52,864 nt of DNA from the NCBI GenBank assembly GCA_965201075.1, contig CBDAVP010000010.1, positions 186,001-238,864 on the forward strand, written 5' to 3'. Positions 10,880 to 21,313 of this stretch are shown here, piece by piece (positions within the stretch are counted from its first letter, which is position 1; the number at the start of each line of letters is the position of its first letter). A program made the translations under genes and the position numbers. Below the pieces are notes generated by a model. That model had not been told where the DNA came from. It ran no database searches and saw only the letters and a program-made list of their open reading frames with translations. The stretch comes from Isosphaeraceae bacterium (GTDB lineage: Bacteria > Planctomycetota > Planctomycetia > Isosphaerales > Isosphaeraceae).

Positions 10880-11278
10880 AAGGCGATCCAGGTGGCCCCC
10901 TCCTGGACCTGAAGCGGCGCCCGCCCCAACCCTCCCGGGGGCGTCGTCGTGTCGTCCAGGACCTCGGCATCCGATCCCTGAGTTCGTCACTTTGACGGCC
11001 TCCTCGCCCTGCACGCAGCCGCGTTCGATGGATTGGCGGCCGTGGCTGGTGTCGGTTGAGGCTGAGTCGCGCGCTCGACGAACCGTGTCCGACCCTCGCC
11101 ACATCCCCGAAGCTCCTGGGATGACCCTGTTGGAGTCGGCCCAGCGGCGCTGTATGATCCACTCATCGCTTCGCGTCGCTCCGAGTCCGACCCACGCGTT
11201 GGCCCGGCCCCCCGAAACGCCGGTGGTCGCGGGCTCGGTCCGTTGGGACGGATCGCCCTTCTCCGGGTGGGACCACCG

Positions 11279-13081
11279 ATGTCTCGCAAAAGTCCCCGCC
11301 TGCTCCGCATCCTCCGCGTCCGCTACCGAAAGACCCTGGCTCGCCTCGATCACCACACTCCCGAATGGATGCGGTGGATCACCCCCTACGGCACCAGCAT
11401 CGTCGCTCACGGAGCGGTATTGATCATTTTGGGTGTGTTCGTTTTCATCAACACCGAGAAGCGCCCCGACGACCTGGCCCTCGACGCCAATTTCCCCCAG
11501 CAACTGCGGGAAGACGAACTGATTACCGCCCGGGAGGCGGATACCGCGGGCGACCCCTTCGCCACCGAGAAAACGCCCGAGCCCCCCTCGCTGACCCTCG
11601 ACCCCGACCCCAGGAAGGACGCGGCGCCGACGGTGCCGCAACTGACGCCGACCTTCCAGCTCGCGGCGCTGGTCAACACCAACGCGGGGATCGAGCCGCT
11701 CAGCTTCGCCGAGGTCTCGAAAACCTCCAAGAAACCCGGAGACACCGGCGGACCCATCTCAGCGCCGTTCGCCGGGCGTGACCTGGCTCGCAAGGGGTCG
11801 TCCAACACGATCCGCAAGTTCGGTGGCACGGTCCGGTCGGAGAAGGCCGTGCAGTCGGGCCTGGAATGGGTCGTCCGCCACCAGCGGGACGACGGCGGTT
11901 GGTCGCTCGACTGCACCCACCAGTGCAAGAACAAACCGCCCTGCCCCAAGACGCCCACGATGGACACCGACACCGGCGCCACAGGCCTGGCGTTGCTGCC
12001 CTTGCTGGGCGCCGGTCACATCCATAACGACCCGTCCAGCAAGTATTCGACCAACGTGAAGAAGGGGATCGACTGGCTCGTCAAGCACCAGAAGCCCGAC
12101 GGCGACCTGTTCGTGGGCGGCACGGGCATCACCCAGATGTACAGCCACGCCCTGGCGACGATGGCTCTTTGCGAGGCGTTCGCCATCTCCGGAGACGAGG
12201 CGCTGAAGTTGCCCGCGCAGAAGGGGATTGATTTCATCATCGCCTCGCGCTGCACCACGGGAGTCGGCGGCTGGCGGTACACTCCGGGCATGGAAGGGGA
12301 CACCTGCGTCTTCGGCTGGCAGATGTTCGCCCTGCGAAGTGCCGCGCTGGCCGGGTTGAAAGTTCCCAACTCGGTCGTCGAATCCTGCCGGTCCTACCTC
12401 GACGAGGCCGCTGCCGACCCCCTCAAGGCCACCTACTGCTACTCGCCGGCCGAGAACAAGGGGGCCTCGATCATCATGACCGCCGAGGGCCTCCTCTGCC
12501 GTCAATATCTCGGCTGGCCTCGTGACGACCCGGCCATGCTCCAGGGCGCCGGGATGGTGTTTGAGAATCTCCAAAGAATGGCCAAGATGGGCATAGCTGA
12601 ACAAGCCCGCAACAATTTCCGAAACATCTATTATTGGTACTACGCTACCCAGCTGCTGCATAACCTCCAAGGACCAGCCTGGGAGGAGTGGAATGCCACC
12701 GTCCGTGAATGGTTGGTGAAATCGCAAGAACATAGCAAGGGGTGCGACGACGCCAGTTGGAGCCCAACCCGCCCAATCAATGACTTCTGGGGAGCCCAGG
12801 TCGGCCGCCACTTCCTGACCTGCCTATCGCTGCTGACCCTGGAAGTCTACTACCGCTACCTGCCGCTCTACAGCGAGGGTGACCGCGACGTGGCCGACGT
12901 CCTGAAAGCCGCCAACCCCCGAGGCCGCTCCAAGGACGAGAAGTCCAACACCGCCCGAGACGCCGCCGAGAAGCTCGATCGCGAACGCGCCGCCAAGGAC
13001 AAGGCCGGCAAGGACAAGCCCGAGAGGGATGCGGCCGTCAAGGACGAGGCGATGAAGGGCGAAGCGATGAAGGAAAAGTAG
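11279..13081 (+). CDS. Membrane-anchored prenyltransferase/squalene-oxidase repeat protein
   Basis: One TM segment, then QW-like repeats (GLEWVVRHQRDDGGW, GIDWLVKHQKPDG, GGWRY) and a C-terminal LTLEVYYRYLPLY. Confidence 0.85.
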   Translation: MSRKSPRLLRILRVRYRKTLARLDHHTPEWMRWITPYGTSIVAHGAVLIILGVFVFINTEKRPDDLALDANFPQQLREDELITAREADTAGDPFATEKTPEPPSLTLDPDPRKDAAPTVPQLTPTFQLAALVNTNAGIEPLSFAEVSKTSKKPGDTGGPISAPFAGRDLARKGSSNTIRKFGGTVRSEKAVQSGLEWVVRHQRDDGGWSLDCTHQCKNKPPCPKTPTMDTDTGATGLALLPLLGAGHIHNDPSSKYSTNVKKGIDWLVKHQKPDGDLFVGGTGITQMYSHALATMALCEAFAISGDEALKLPAQKGIDFIIASRCTTGVGGWRYTPGMEGDTCVFGWQMFALRSAALAGLKVPNSVVESCRSYLDEAAADPLKATYCYSPAENKGASIIMTAEGLLCRQYLGWPRDDPAMLQGAGMVFENLQRMAKMGIAEQARNNFRNIYYWYYATQLLHNLQGPAWEEWNATVREWLVKSQEHSKGCDDASWSPTRPINDFWGAQVGRHFLTCLSLLTLEVYYRYLPLYSEGDRDVADVLKAANPRGRSKDEKSNTARDAAEKLDRERAAKDKAGKDKPERDAAVKDEAMKGEAMKEK

Positions 13082-13219
13082 GCCGATCCTCGGGAGGTCG
13101 TCGCGAAACTGGGCTGGGAGTCGGCGCGCCATTGGCCTACGATATCACGCCGACGGGCCTCCTCAACTTGAGGCCCGAGGCGCCGGCCCCCGCCGCCGGT
13201 CAGGGGACACCTTGCCGAA

Positions 13220-14575
13220 ATGGCCTTCCTGCCCCACACCCCCGACGACCTTCGCCACATGCTCGGCGCCGTCGGGCTCGACTCCCTCGACCAGCTCTTC
13301 GACCTGGTCCCCCCGGAATTCCGCCGCCAAGAGCCCCTGGCCATCGGCCCGGCCCTCTCGGAACTGGAACTGACCGGCCACATCAGCGCCCTGGCCGCCC
13401 TCAACGTCGGCGCCGACGCCCGTCCTTGCTTCCTGGGCGCCGGCAGTTACGACCACTTCATCCCCGCCGTGGTCGACGCCCTGGCCGCCCGTGGCGAGTT
13501 CTTCACCGCCTACACCCCCTACCAGGCCGAGGCCAGTCAAGGGACTCTTCAGGCGACCTTCGAGTACCAGACGCTCATCACCCAACTGACCGGGATGGAC
13601 GTCTCCAACGCCAGCCTCTACGACGGCGGCTCGGCCGTCGCCGAGGCCGTGTTGATGGCGATCAACGCCGCCAAACGCCCCGCCGGCCGAGTCGTGATCG
13701 CCGGCGCGGTCCACCCCGAATACCGGCAATCGCTGGAAACCTACCTGGCCAACCTCTCGCCCAAGGTCGTCACGGTCCCCCACCGAAACGGCCTGACCTC
13801 AACCAAGGACCTCGCCGAAGCCCTCACCGACGACACCGCCGCGGTGGTGGTCCAGCACCCCAACCTTTTCGGCCGGTTGGAGGACGTCGACGCCCTGGTC
13901 GCCGCCGCCCGGGACCGTGGCATCCCGGCGATCGTCAGCGTCGACCCGATCAGCCTGGGCCTCCTCCGCCGGCCCGACACCTATGGCGCCGATATCGTGG
14001 TGGCCGAGGGCCAGGGGCTGGGCAACCCATTGGCATACGGCGGTCCCTACCTGGGCATCCTCGCCTGCCGGGAAGGCTTCCTCCGCAAGATGCCCGGCCG
14101 GGTCGTCGGCCAGACCACCGACCGCCAGGGCCGTCGCTGCTGGGTCTTGACCCTGCAAACCCGCGAGCAGCACATCCGTCGCGAAAAAGCCACATCCAAC
14201 ATCTGCACCAACCAGGGGTTACTGGCCCTGCGAGCCAGCATCTACCTGGCGGCGCTGGGCCCCACGGGGTTGCGAGAGGTCGCCGAACTCTCCACCCGCA
14301 AGGCCCACTACGCCGCCGACCAACTCGCCGCCATCCCCGGCCTATCACTGGCCTTCCCCGGGCCATTCTTCAAGGAGTTTGTCGTCCGAGTCCCGGGAGA
14401 CCCCACCTCGCTGCTCGCCGAGGTCGGCCGCCTCGGCTACCACGGAGGCGTCCCCCTGGGCCGCTGGTACCCGGACCTCGCCAACGCCATTCTCATCGCC
14501 GTCACCGAGAAGCGCACCCGGGCCGAAATCGACGGCCTGGCCGACGCCTATCGACGTGCGATCGAGAGCGCCTAG
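13220..14575 (+). CDS. gcvPA: Glycine dehydrogenase subunit 1
   Basis: FLGAGSYDH, TAYTPYQAEASQG, NASLYDG and LQTREQHIRREKATSNICTN motifs. Confidence 0.97.
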   Translation: MAFLPHTPDDLRHMLGAVGLDSLDQLFDLVPPEFRRQEPLAIGPALSELELTGHISALAALNVGADARPCFLGAGSYDHFIPAVVDALAARGEFFTAYTPYQAEASQGTLQATFEYQTLITQLTGMDVSNASLYDGGSAVAEAVLMAINAAKRPAGRVVIAGAVHPEYRQSLETYLANLSPKVVTVPHRNGLTSTKDLAEALTDDTAAVVVQHPNLFGRLEDVDALVAAARDRGIPAIVSVDPISLGLLRRPDTYGADIVVAEGQGLGNPLAYGGPYLGILACREGFLRKMPGRVVGQTTDRQGRRCWVLTLQTREQHIRREKATSNICTNQGLLALRASIYLAALGPTGLREVAELSTRKAHYAADQLAAIPGLSLAFPGPFFKEFVVRVPGDPTSLLAEVGRLGYHGGVPLGRWYPDLANAILIAVTEKRTRAEIDGLADAYRRAIESA

Positions 14576-14579
14576 GCTG

Positions 14580-15168
14580 ATGGAGCCGTCCCCGCAATTT
14601 CTCATTATGGGCGGACCTAATGGGTCGGGGAAATCGACCGCGGCGACATGATTGATTCCGCCGGATTACGACTATCTCAACGCGGATGAGGTCGCCAAAT
14701 CGCCTCCAAACTACCCATCGGAAGTCGCGGATCTCCAGTCAGGTCGACATGTGCTGGAACAGAGGAATCAGCATGACGAAAACCGGGGGAACTTCGCTCG
14801 AAACGACGCTGGCGAGCCGTTCCCTGGCCTCTCGGGCCAAACGCCTTCGTCTCCTGGGGTATGACTTCCGCCTCATCTACCTTTGGGCGCCGGGCCCCGA
14901 GTTTGCGGTCCAGCGGGTTGCCGACCGCGTCCGATTAGGGGGCCATCATATCCCCGAGGACACGATCCGACGACGCTACTGGGCAGGTTTGAAGAACTTC
15001 TTCCATCTCTACAAACCCCTCTCCGATAACTGGAGTGTTGACGAAAATACAGCCTCCGAAGGGATCCGAATGATCGCGGGCGGGACGGCCTCCGGGGCCT
15101 TGAGGGTCCAGCAAATCCCTCTTTGGGAACTCATTCAAGAAAGGGCGCGGCGGAATGGCGAATCCTGA
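14580..15168 (+). pseudogene. Zeta-toxin-like AAA ATPase, disrupted
   Basis: GGPNGSGKST Walker A, in-frame TGA at 14649-14651, then YLNADEVA, a frameshift near 14798, then ETTLASRS...RVADRVRLGGHHIPEDTIRRRY. Confidence 0.8.
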
Positions 15169-15412
15169 TCTGGATCTGTTCGATCTCAGGACGGCCACGG
15201 ACGCGGAAATCGTTCGAAGGATGAACCTCGGCGTCCGCGAAGCCCTGCTCGCCCACAAGCGGGCGGGCCTGCCGATCGTCGAGTGGGATTATGAAACGAA
15301 CCCGGTCGTCCTGACCCCCGCCGACCAGATCGTCATCCCCGAATCCCTGGGTGGCGAGGAGCCCGATCAAGCCAACGGTGTCCTCGCCTTCGAGAACGAT
15401 TCGACCCCCTGA
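15155..15412 (+). CDS. Small protein, putative partner or antitoxin of the zeta-like ATPase
   Basis: GVREALLAHKRAGLPIVEW motif; overlaps the ATPase stop, as is usual for this gene pair. Confidence 0.65.
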   Translation: MANPDLDLFDLRTATDAEIVRRMNLGVREALLAHKRAGLPIVEWDYETNPVVLTPADQIVIPESLGGEEPDQANGVLAFENDSTP

Positions 15413-15532
15413 GTGCGTCCCCGCCCGTCCGCCCTCCGCCCTCGACCTCGCCAATGCCCGCCGGACCGACCACCCTCCTGACGACCCTCGGCCCGAATCC
15501 CGCCCGCTCGCCTGCCCGCCGGAAGGATCTCA

Positions 15533-17083
15533 ATGTACAAGCTCGACCCGCCCCCCTTGCTGTTTGAGTCCAGCCGGCCCGGGCGCCGCACGGCCTATTT
15601 CCCGGCCTCCGACGTGCCCGACACGCCCCTGGAATCGCTGATCCCGGCCGAGCACCTGGCCGACCGCTCGCCCCCCCTGCCTGAACTGGGGGAGCTCGAC
15701 GTCGTTCGCCACTACACGAACCTTTCGACGCTGAACATGGCGATCGACGCCAACTTCTACCCGCTCGGCTCCTGCACGATGAAGTACAACCCCAAGCGCA
15801 ACGAGCGGCTCGCCTCGCTGCCGGGCCTGGCCAGTTTGCATCCCTACCAGGAGGAATCGACCCTCCAGGGGTTGCTGGAACTGCTCCATGAGTTGCAGGG
15901 GATGCTCGCCGAGGTCGCCGGACTGCCCGCCGTTAGCCTCCAGCCGGCCGCCGGGGCTCAGGGGGAACTCGCCGCCCTTTTGGTGGCCGCGGCCTACTTC
16001 CGCGATAAGGGAGAAGGCTCGACCCGCACCAAGGTCCTCGTCCCCGACAGCGCCCACGGCACCAATCCCTCGTCGGCGCACCTGGCCGGCTTCGACGCCG
16101 TGACGATCAAAAGCAACGCCCGCGGCCTCGTCGACCTGGACGACTTCCGCCGCCACCTCGACGACTCCACCGCCGCGTTCATGATGACCAACCCCAACAC
16201 GGTGGGCCTGTTCGACCCCCAGGTCGGCCAGATCGCCCAGCTACTGCACGACCGCGGCGCCCTGCTCTACCTCGACGGCGCCAACATGAACGCGATCCTG
16301 GGCGTCGTCCGCCCCGGCGACATGGGGGCCGACCTCATGCACTTCAACCCCCACAAAACCTTCTCCGGCCCCCACGGCGGCGGAGGCCCCGGCGCTGGGC
16401 CAATCGCCGTGCGCGACTTCCTCGCCCCCTACCTGCCCGCCCCGGTCGTCGCCCGCCACCCCGACGGTTCCTTTTACCTCGACCACGACCGCCCCCACTC
16501 GATCGGCCGTGTCCGCGCCTTCTTCGCCAACACCGGCGTTCTCGTCCGCGCCTACGCGTACATTCGCACTCATGGTCCCGAGGGGCTCAAGGCCGTCGCT
16601 CAGCACGCGGTCCTCAACGCCAACTACCTGATGGGACTGGTTCGCCACAAATACCCCGTCCCCCTGGGCGACCGCTGCATGCACGAATTCGTCGCCTCGG
16701 CCCGGGGGCTCGCGCGGGAAAAAGGCGTCCGCGCCATGGACCTGGCCAAGCGGCTGCTCGACCACAACGTCCACGCCCCCACCGTTTACTTCCCCCTGAT
16801 CGTCCCCGAGGCTTTGATGATCGAGCCCACCGAGACCGAGAGTCGCGAGACCCTCGAACGGTTCGCCCAGATCCTCCTGGCGATCGCCGACGAAGATCCC
16901 CAGATCCTCCACGATGCCCCCACCACCACGCCGATCAGCCGCCCCGACGAGGTTGCCGCCGCCAAGACCCCAATCCTGAAGTGGACCCCCGCCTCCAACG
17001 CCCAGGCCGCCGCCGCCCCCAAGGCCCACGCGAATGGCAACGGTTCCCCCGCGACCGGAACGATTCCCCAGCCGACCTACTGA
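15533..17083 (+). CDS. gcvPB: Glycine dehydrogenase subunit 2
   Basis: YPLGSCTMKYNP, PDSAHGTNP, LDGANMNA and HFNPHKTFSGPHGGGGPG (PLP lysine). Confidence 0.97.
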   Translation: MYKLDPPPLLFESSRPGRRTAYFPASDVPDTPLESLIPAEHLADRSPPLPELGELDVVRHYTNLSTLNMAIDANFYPLGSCTMKYNPKRNERLASLPGLASLHPYQEESTLQGLLELLHELQGMLAEVAGLPAVSLQPAAGAQGELAALLVAAAYFRDKGEGSTRTKVLVPDSAHGTNPSSAHLAGFDAVTIKSNARGLVDLDDFRRHLDDSTAAFMMTNPNTVGLFDPQVGQIAQLLHDRGALLYLDGANMNAILGVVRPGDMGADLMHFNPHKTFSGPHGGGGPGAGPIAVRDFLAPYLPAPVVARHPDGSFYLDHDRPHSIGRVRAFFANTGVLVRAYAYIRTHGPEGLKAVAQHAVLNANYLMGLVRHKYPVPLGDRCMHEFVASARGLAREKGVRAMDLAKRLLDHNVHAPTVYFPLIVPEALMIEPTETESRETLERFAQILLAIADEDPQILHDAPTTTPISRPDEVAAAKTPILKWTPASNAQAAAAPKAHANGNGSPATGTIPQPTY

Positions 17084-17108
17084 ACCGCCGACGAGGACCC
17101 ACCCGCCG

Positions 17109-17849
17109 ATGCCCGTCCCCTGCCTGGTCCTGCCCCACTCTCTCGGCGACGGCCCAGCGCACATGGCGACCGATGAGGCGATGCTGGAGTGGGTGGCCAG
17201 CGGCGACGGTACCGCGGCCCTGCGCACCTACGAGTGGTCGGAACCGACCCTCAGCCTAGGCTACTTTCAAAAACGGGCCGACGCCGAACCTCGCTGGCGG
17301 GATGTCCCCTTGGTGAGGAGATCCACCGGCGGCGGGGCGATCTGGCACGATCGCGAGTTAACCTACGCCGTGGCCGTCCCCGCCGCGCATCCCCTGTCCC
17401 GACGTGCCCCCGACCTGTACCTCGCCGTGCACTCGGCGATCATCGCGATGCTGGCTTCGGCCGGAATCGCCGCCCGCCGCCGTGGCGACTTCGACGGCCC
17501 TCCCCCGCGCCCGTTTCTCTGCTTCGCTGACCGCGACCCCGAGGATGTGGTCGTGGCCGGAGTCAAGGTCGTCGGCAGCGCCCAACGCCGGCGCTCCGGC
17601 GCGGTCCTCCAGCAAGGCTCGCTGCTGTTGAGGAAGTCGCCGCCCGCCGCCGAATTGCCCGGCCTGGCCGACCTGGCTCCTTCGGCCAGCGACGACCCCG
17701 CGGCCTGGGCCCCCTCCCTGAGATCCCGGGTCGCCTTGGCTCTGGAGCTGAACCCCCAACCCGGCCCCATGCCTCCATCCCTGGCCGTCGCCTCCCTCGC
17801 CCTCGAGGTTCGGATTTATCGGTCCGACCCCTGGACTCACCGACGATAA
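17109..17849 (+). CDS. Lipoate-protein ligase A / LipM family protein
   Basis: HMATDEAML, PTLSLGYFQ, VRRSTGGGAIWHD, KVVGSAQRR and LQQGSL motifs; located in the gcv operon. Confidence 0.9.
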   Translation: MPVPCLVLPHSLGDGPAHMATDEAMLEWVASGDGTAALRTYEWSEPTLSLGYFQKRADAEPRWRDVPLVRRSTGGGAIWHDRELTYAVAVPAAHPLSRRAPDLYLAVHSAIIAMLASAGIAARRRGDFDGPPPRPFLCFADRDPEDVVVAGVKVVGSAQRRRSGAVLQQGSLLLRKSPPAAELPGLADLAPSASDDPAAWAPSLRSRVALALELNPQPGPMPPSLAVASLALEVRIYRSDPWTHRR

Positions 17850-18170
17850 TAGGAAAAGAGGAACTCTCCAGCCTCCCCAGCCGGGAACCTCTCAAGGTGG
17901 ACGGATTCCGCGTCGATGGAGAGAGATATTCCCGTCCCTCGATCCCAATCGACCCGCTTCCCCGAGATTTCGGGCCGTTCTTGATTGAACGGGGCTCTGT
18001 AACGATTAGGATGGAGGCCACGAGAGGTCCGATGGCCCGTCGGCGTCCCTTCCTCGCCCAGCTCGCCACCGACCCCGGATGTCCACCCGTTCTTCTGGTC
18101 CGTTCCCGAGGTTCCGGGCGAAGTGGCCCGCGGGAATCTCGTTCCTGAGGCCCCAGGTCGGGACGCTTCC

Positions 18171-18953
18171 ATGAAAGTTCAATTGGTGGTGGTCCAGGGG
18201 AAGCCCGAGGGAAAAGTGATTCCCCTGGCGATCCCCATCTTCCGGATCGGTCGAGGCGAGACTTGCCACCTCCGACCCAACAGCGATCAAGTCAGCCGCG
18301 AGCACGCCGAACTCGCGCTTTTGTCCGATAAAGTCACGGTCCGCGACCTCGGCAGTCGCAACGGCACGATCCTCAACGGCAAGCCGGTCTCGGGGGTCGC
18401 GACGCTCAAGGACGGCGACCTCGTGCAGGTTGGACCGCTGACCTTCGCCGTCGACATCAAGGGGGCCCCGGTCGCCCCGGCGATGCCCGTCGCGTCCAAG
18501 CCCCCCTCGCTCGACGACGTCAGCAACGCCGAGATCGACGCGTGGCTGGTCACCGATAGCGCCGGGGTCGCCCCGGAATCCCCCTCGGGGGTCTATGGTG
18601 GCGAGACCATGACGATCGACTCGTACAAGAGCCTGACGCCCCAGCCGCCCCCGCTGGGTAACGCTCCCAAGGGCAGCACCCCGACCCCGGCCCCCACCCC
18701 GAAGCCCGTGGAGATGTCCGAGGAAGAGGCCGACGCCGCCGACGAAAGCATCTGGAAGCCCGACTCCGACGATCACGACGCCGAAGGCCAGGTCGCCGAG
18801 GAGTTCATCGACGAGTCGAACCCCTTCTACGCCGCCAAAAAGGCCGCCGCCGCGGCCGAACAGTCCTCCAAGGCCCCCCCGTCGGCCGACTCCAGCTCCG
18901 CGGCCAACGACATCCTTCGCCGCATGATGGAGCGCAAGCGGGCCTCGAAGTGA
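18171..18953 (+). CDS. FHA-domain protein
   Basis: RIGRGETCHLRPNSDQVSREHA...RDLGSRNGT, followed by an acidic disordered tail. Confidence 0.92.
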   Translation: MKVQLVVVQGKPEGKVIPLAIPIFRIGRGETCHLRPNSDQVSREHAELALLSDKVTVRDLGSRNGTILNGKPVSGVATLKDGDLVQVGPLTFAVDIKGAPVAPAMPVASKPPSLDDVSNAEIDAWLVTDSAGVAPESPSGVYGGETMTIDSYKSLTPQPPPLGNAPKGSTPTPAPTPKPVEMSEEEADAADESIWKPDSDDHDAEGQVAEEFIDESNPFYAAKKAAAAAEQSSKAPPSADSSSAANDILRRMMERKRASK

Positions 18954-18978
18954 CGACGCCCCCGAAGCCGGCGCAGCC

Positions 18979-19959
18979 ATGACCGCCGACGATTCCCCGG
19001 CGGCCGACGCCCGAGAGACCCTGGAACGCCTGGTCGACCGCCTGGAAACCTCGGTGGTCGGCCAGCGTCCCCTGCTGACTCGCCTGGTCGTCGCCCTGCT
19101 GGCCGGGGGTCATGTGCTGATCGAGGGCGTCCCCGGCCTGGCCAAGTCGCGGGCCGCTCACGCTCTGGCCCTCGCGCTCGATCTGCCTTTCCGCCGGGTC
19201 CCATTCACCCCCGACCTTCTCCCGGCCGACCTGACCGGCACCCAGGTTTACCGACCCGCGACCGGCGACTTCGACGTCCGTCCCGGTCCGCTTGTCACCA
19301 GCGTTTTCCTGGCCGACGAGATCAATCGCGCCCCGGCCAAGGTGCAAAGCGCCCTGCTCGAAGCGATGCAGGATGGCCAGGTCACCATCGGCGACCGCGT
19401 CCTGCCCCTGCCCGACCCGTTCCTGGTCCTGGCGACCCAGAACCCCATCGAGCAGGAGGGAACTTACCCGCTCCCCGAGGCCCAGCTGGACCGCTTCCTG
19501 TTCAAGCTCCGGGCCGACTACCCCGACCGCGACGCCGAACTGGCGATGCTGGAGCATCCGGCGCTGGCCGACCCCATCGCGCCCCGACCGCCACTCCTCG
19601 ACGCCGCCCAGGTCCGGGCCCTGCGCGACCGGGCCCGCGGCGTGCGGGTCGCGCCGCCGTTGCGCGAGTACGTCGTCGACCTGGTGAGGGCCACCCGCGA
19701 CCCGTCCCACGCCGGCCTACCCAACCTCGCTCCGCTCATCGAGTTAGGAGCGAGCCCCCGCGCCGCGTTGGCCCTGGTCCACGCCGCTCAGGCTCATGCC
19801 CTGCTCTCGGGCCGTGACTATGCCACGCCTCACGACGTCAAGTCGCTGGCCCGCGACGTCCTGCGTCACCGGGTTTTGCCCAGCTTCGAGGCCGACGCCG
19901 AAGCCCTCGGCCCCGACGCCCTCCTCGGCCGCATCCTCGACCACGTCCGCGTCCCCTGA
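18979..19959 (+). CDS. MoxR family AAA+ ATPase
   Basis: GHVLIEGVPGLAKS, FTPDLLPAD, DEINRAPAKVQSALLEAM and ATQNPIEQEGTYPLPEAQLDRF motifs. Confidence 0.95.
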   Translation: MTADDSPAADARETLERLVDRLETSVVGQRPLLTRLVVALLAGGHVLIEGVPGLAKSRAAHALALALDLPFRRVPFTPDLLPADLTGTQVYRPATGDFDVRPGPLVTSVFLADEINRAPAKVQSALLEAMQDGQVTIGDRVLPLPDPFLVLATQNPIEQEGTYPLPEAQLDRFLFKLRADYPDRDAELAMLEHPALADPIAPRPPLLDAAQVRALRDRARGVRVAPPLREYVVDLVRATRDPSHAGLPNLAPLIELGASPRAALALVHAAQAHALLSGRDYATPHDVKSLARDVLRHRVLPSFEADAEALGPDALLGRILDHVRVP

Positions 19960-19982
19960 ACGATCGATCCATCCCTCGCGAC

Positions 19983-20870
19983 TCAGACCACCGAGGCCAC
20001 CTCCTCGGTCGTCGACACCGAGGGGACGACCTCGCGAGCCACGTCGGCATAGCGGACCGCCGGCCTCCTCGACAACCAAGCCCAGAACGCCACTCCCACC
20101 GCGAAGATCGCCAGACTGATGTTCTGCGAGATGGTCATCCCGCCGAAGAACACGCCTTCGTCATTGCGTAACCGCTCAATCAGGAACCGCGTGATCGGGT
20201 AGGTCACCGCCAGCAGGGCCAGAACCTCGCCATCCCGCCGCCTCAAGGGGTAATAGGCCGAGAGCAACGCCACCAGGATCAGGCCATCCAGCGCCGAGTA
20301 CAGTTGGGTGGGATGGATCGGCAACGACCACGCCGCGGTCTCGGGCAAAAGCCCGTGCTTCACCTGGTCGTTCCATGGGGAAGAATGCGCGGGGAAGGTG
20401 ACGCCAACCGGCAAGGTGTCGCAGCGGTCTCCGTAGCAACAGCCGTTGAGGAAGCAGCCCATCCGTCCCAGGGCGATTCCCAGCGCCACCGACGGGGCGA
20501 CCACGTCCACCGTCGCCAGAAACGGGAAGCGGTGCCACGCCCAGTAGCTGAAGATGGCCAACGCCCCGCCCAAAATGCAGCCGTAAAAGACGATCCCACC
20601 TTCCCAGATCGCGAAGATCGACCAGAACGAGTGGATCGTCCGGCCCCAGTACTGCCAGACGTAAAGTCCCCGAGCGCCGAGGATTCCGCCGACCACGACC
20701 CAGAATCCCATGTCCAGGATCGAGTCGGGGTCGAGCTTCTCCCGACGGGCCCGCCAGGCGGCCAGTCGCATGGCCCCTAGCAGCGCGAAGACGAACATCA
20801 GGCCGAAGCCAAAGACTGGCAACGAGCGGTCGGTGCCGGGAATCGGGATCTGGAAGAGGATCGGCCGCAT
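19983..20870 (-). CDS. lgt: Prolipoprotein diacylglyceryl transferase
   Basis: GARGLYV, IWEGGIVFYG, GRMGCFLNGCCYG, HPTQLY and RFLIERLR motifs. Confidence 0.93.
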   Translation of the reverse strand: MRPILFQIPIPGTDRSLPVFGFGLMFVFALLGAMRLAAWRARREKLDPDSILDMGFWVVVGGILGARGLYVWQYWGRTIHSFWSIFAIWEGGIVFYGCILGGALAIFSYWAWHRFPFLATVDVVAPSVALGIALGRMGCFLNGCCYGDRCDTLPVGVTFPAHSSPWNDQVKHGLLPETAAWSLPIHPTQLYSALDGLILVALLSAYYPLRRRDGEVLALLAVTYPITRFLIERLRNDEGVFFGGMTISQNISLAIFAVGVAFWAWLSRRPAVRYADVAREVVPSVSTTEEVASVV

Positions 20871-20932
20871 CGCTCGGTTCCCCTGGAGGGGCCGGGACCG
20901 TGATGGCCCGGCGCATCACCAATCTCGGCGTT

Positions 20933-21313
20933 TCAACCGTCGTGGATGGCCGCGTAATCCAGGTGCTCGACGATCCGATTGTTCTGGTCCAGCGCCACGA
21001 CCCGGGGCCGGTGCGACCGCAACTCCGAGGGCTCCAGCAGGGCGAAGGCCATGACAATGATCCGGTCGCCCACGGCCCCCAACCTCGCCATTGCCCCGTT
21101 CATCTCGATCTGCCCGGCGCCACGCACCCCCGGCAAGACGTAAGTCTCGCCTCGCAGGCCCGTTGCGACGTTGCTGACCAGGATCGACTCATACGCGACC
21201 AGTCCCACGGCCACCATCAATTCGGGGTCGATGGTCAGGCTGCCGTGATAGTGGAGGTCGGCGTTGGTGATAGTGGCCAGGTGGAGCTTACTTTTCAGGA
21301 TCTTCAACTGCAT
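20933..21313 (-). CDS. panD: Aspartate 1-decarboxylase
   Basis: LKSKLHLATIT.ADLHYHGSLTID (GS self-cleavage site), ETYV and NGAMAR motifs. Confidence 0.95.
   Translation of the reverse strand: MQLKILKSKLHLATITNADLHYHGSLTIDPELMVAVGLVAYESILVSNVATGLRGETYVLPGVRGAGQIEMNGAMARLGAVGDRIIVMAFALLEPSELRSHRPRVVALDQNNRIVEHLDYAAIHDG

Noticed and set aside
11279..13081. Squalene-hopene cyclase call
   Set aside because: No DXDD motif, only one barrel, and an N-terminal membrane anchor; fits the common planctomycete prenyltransferase-repeat family.
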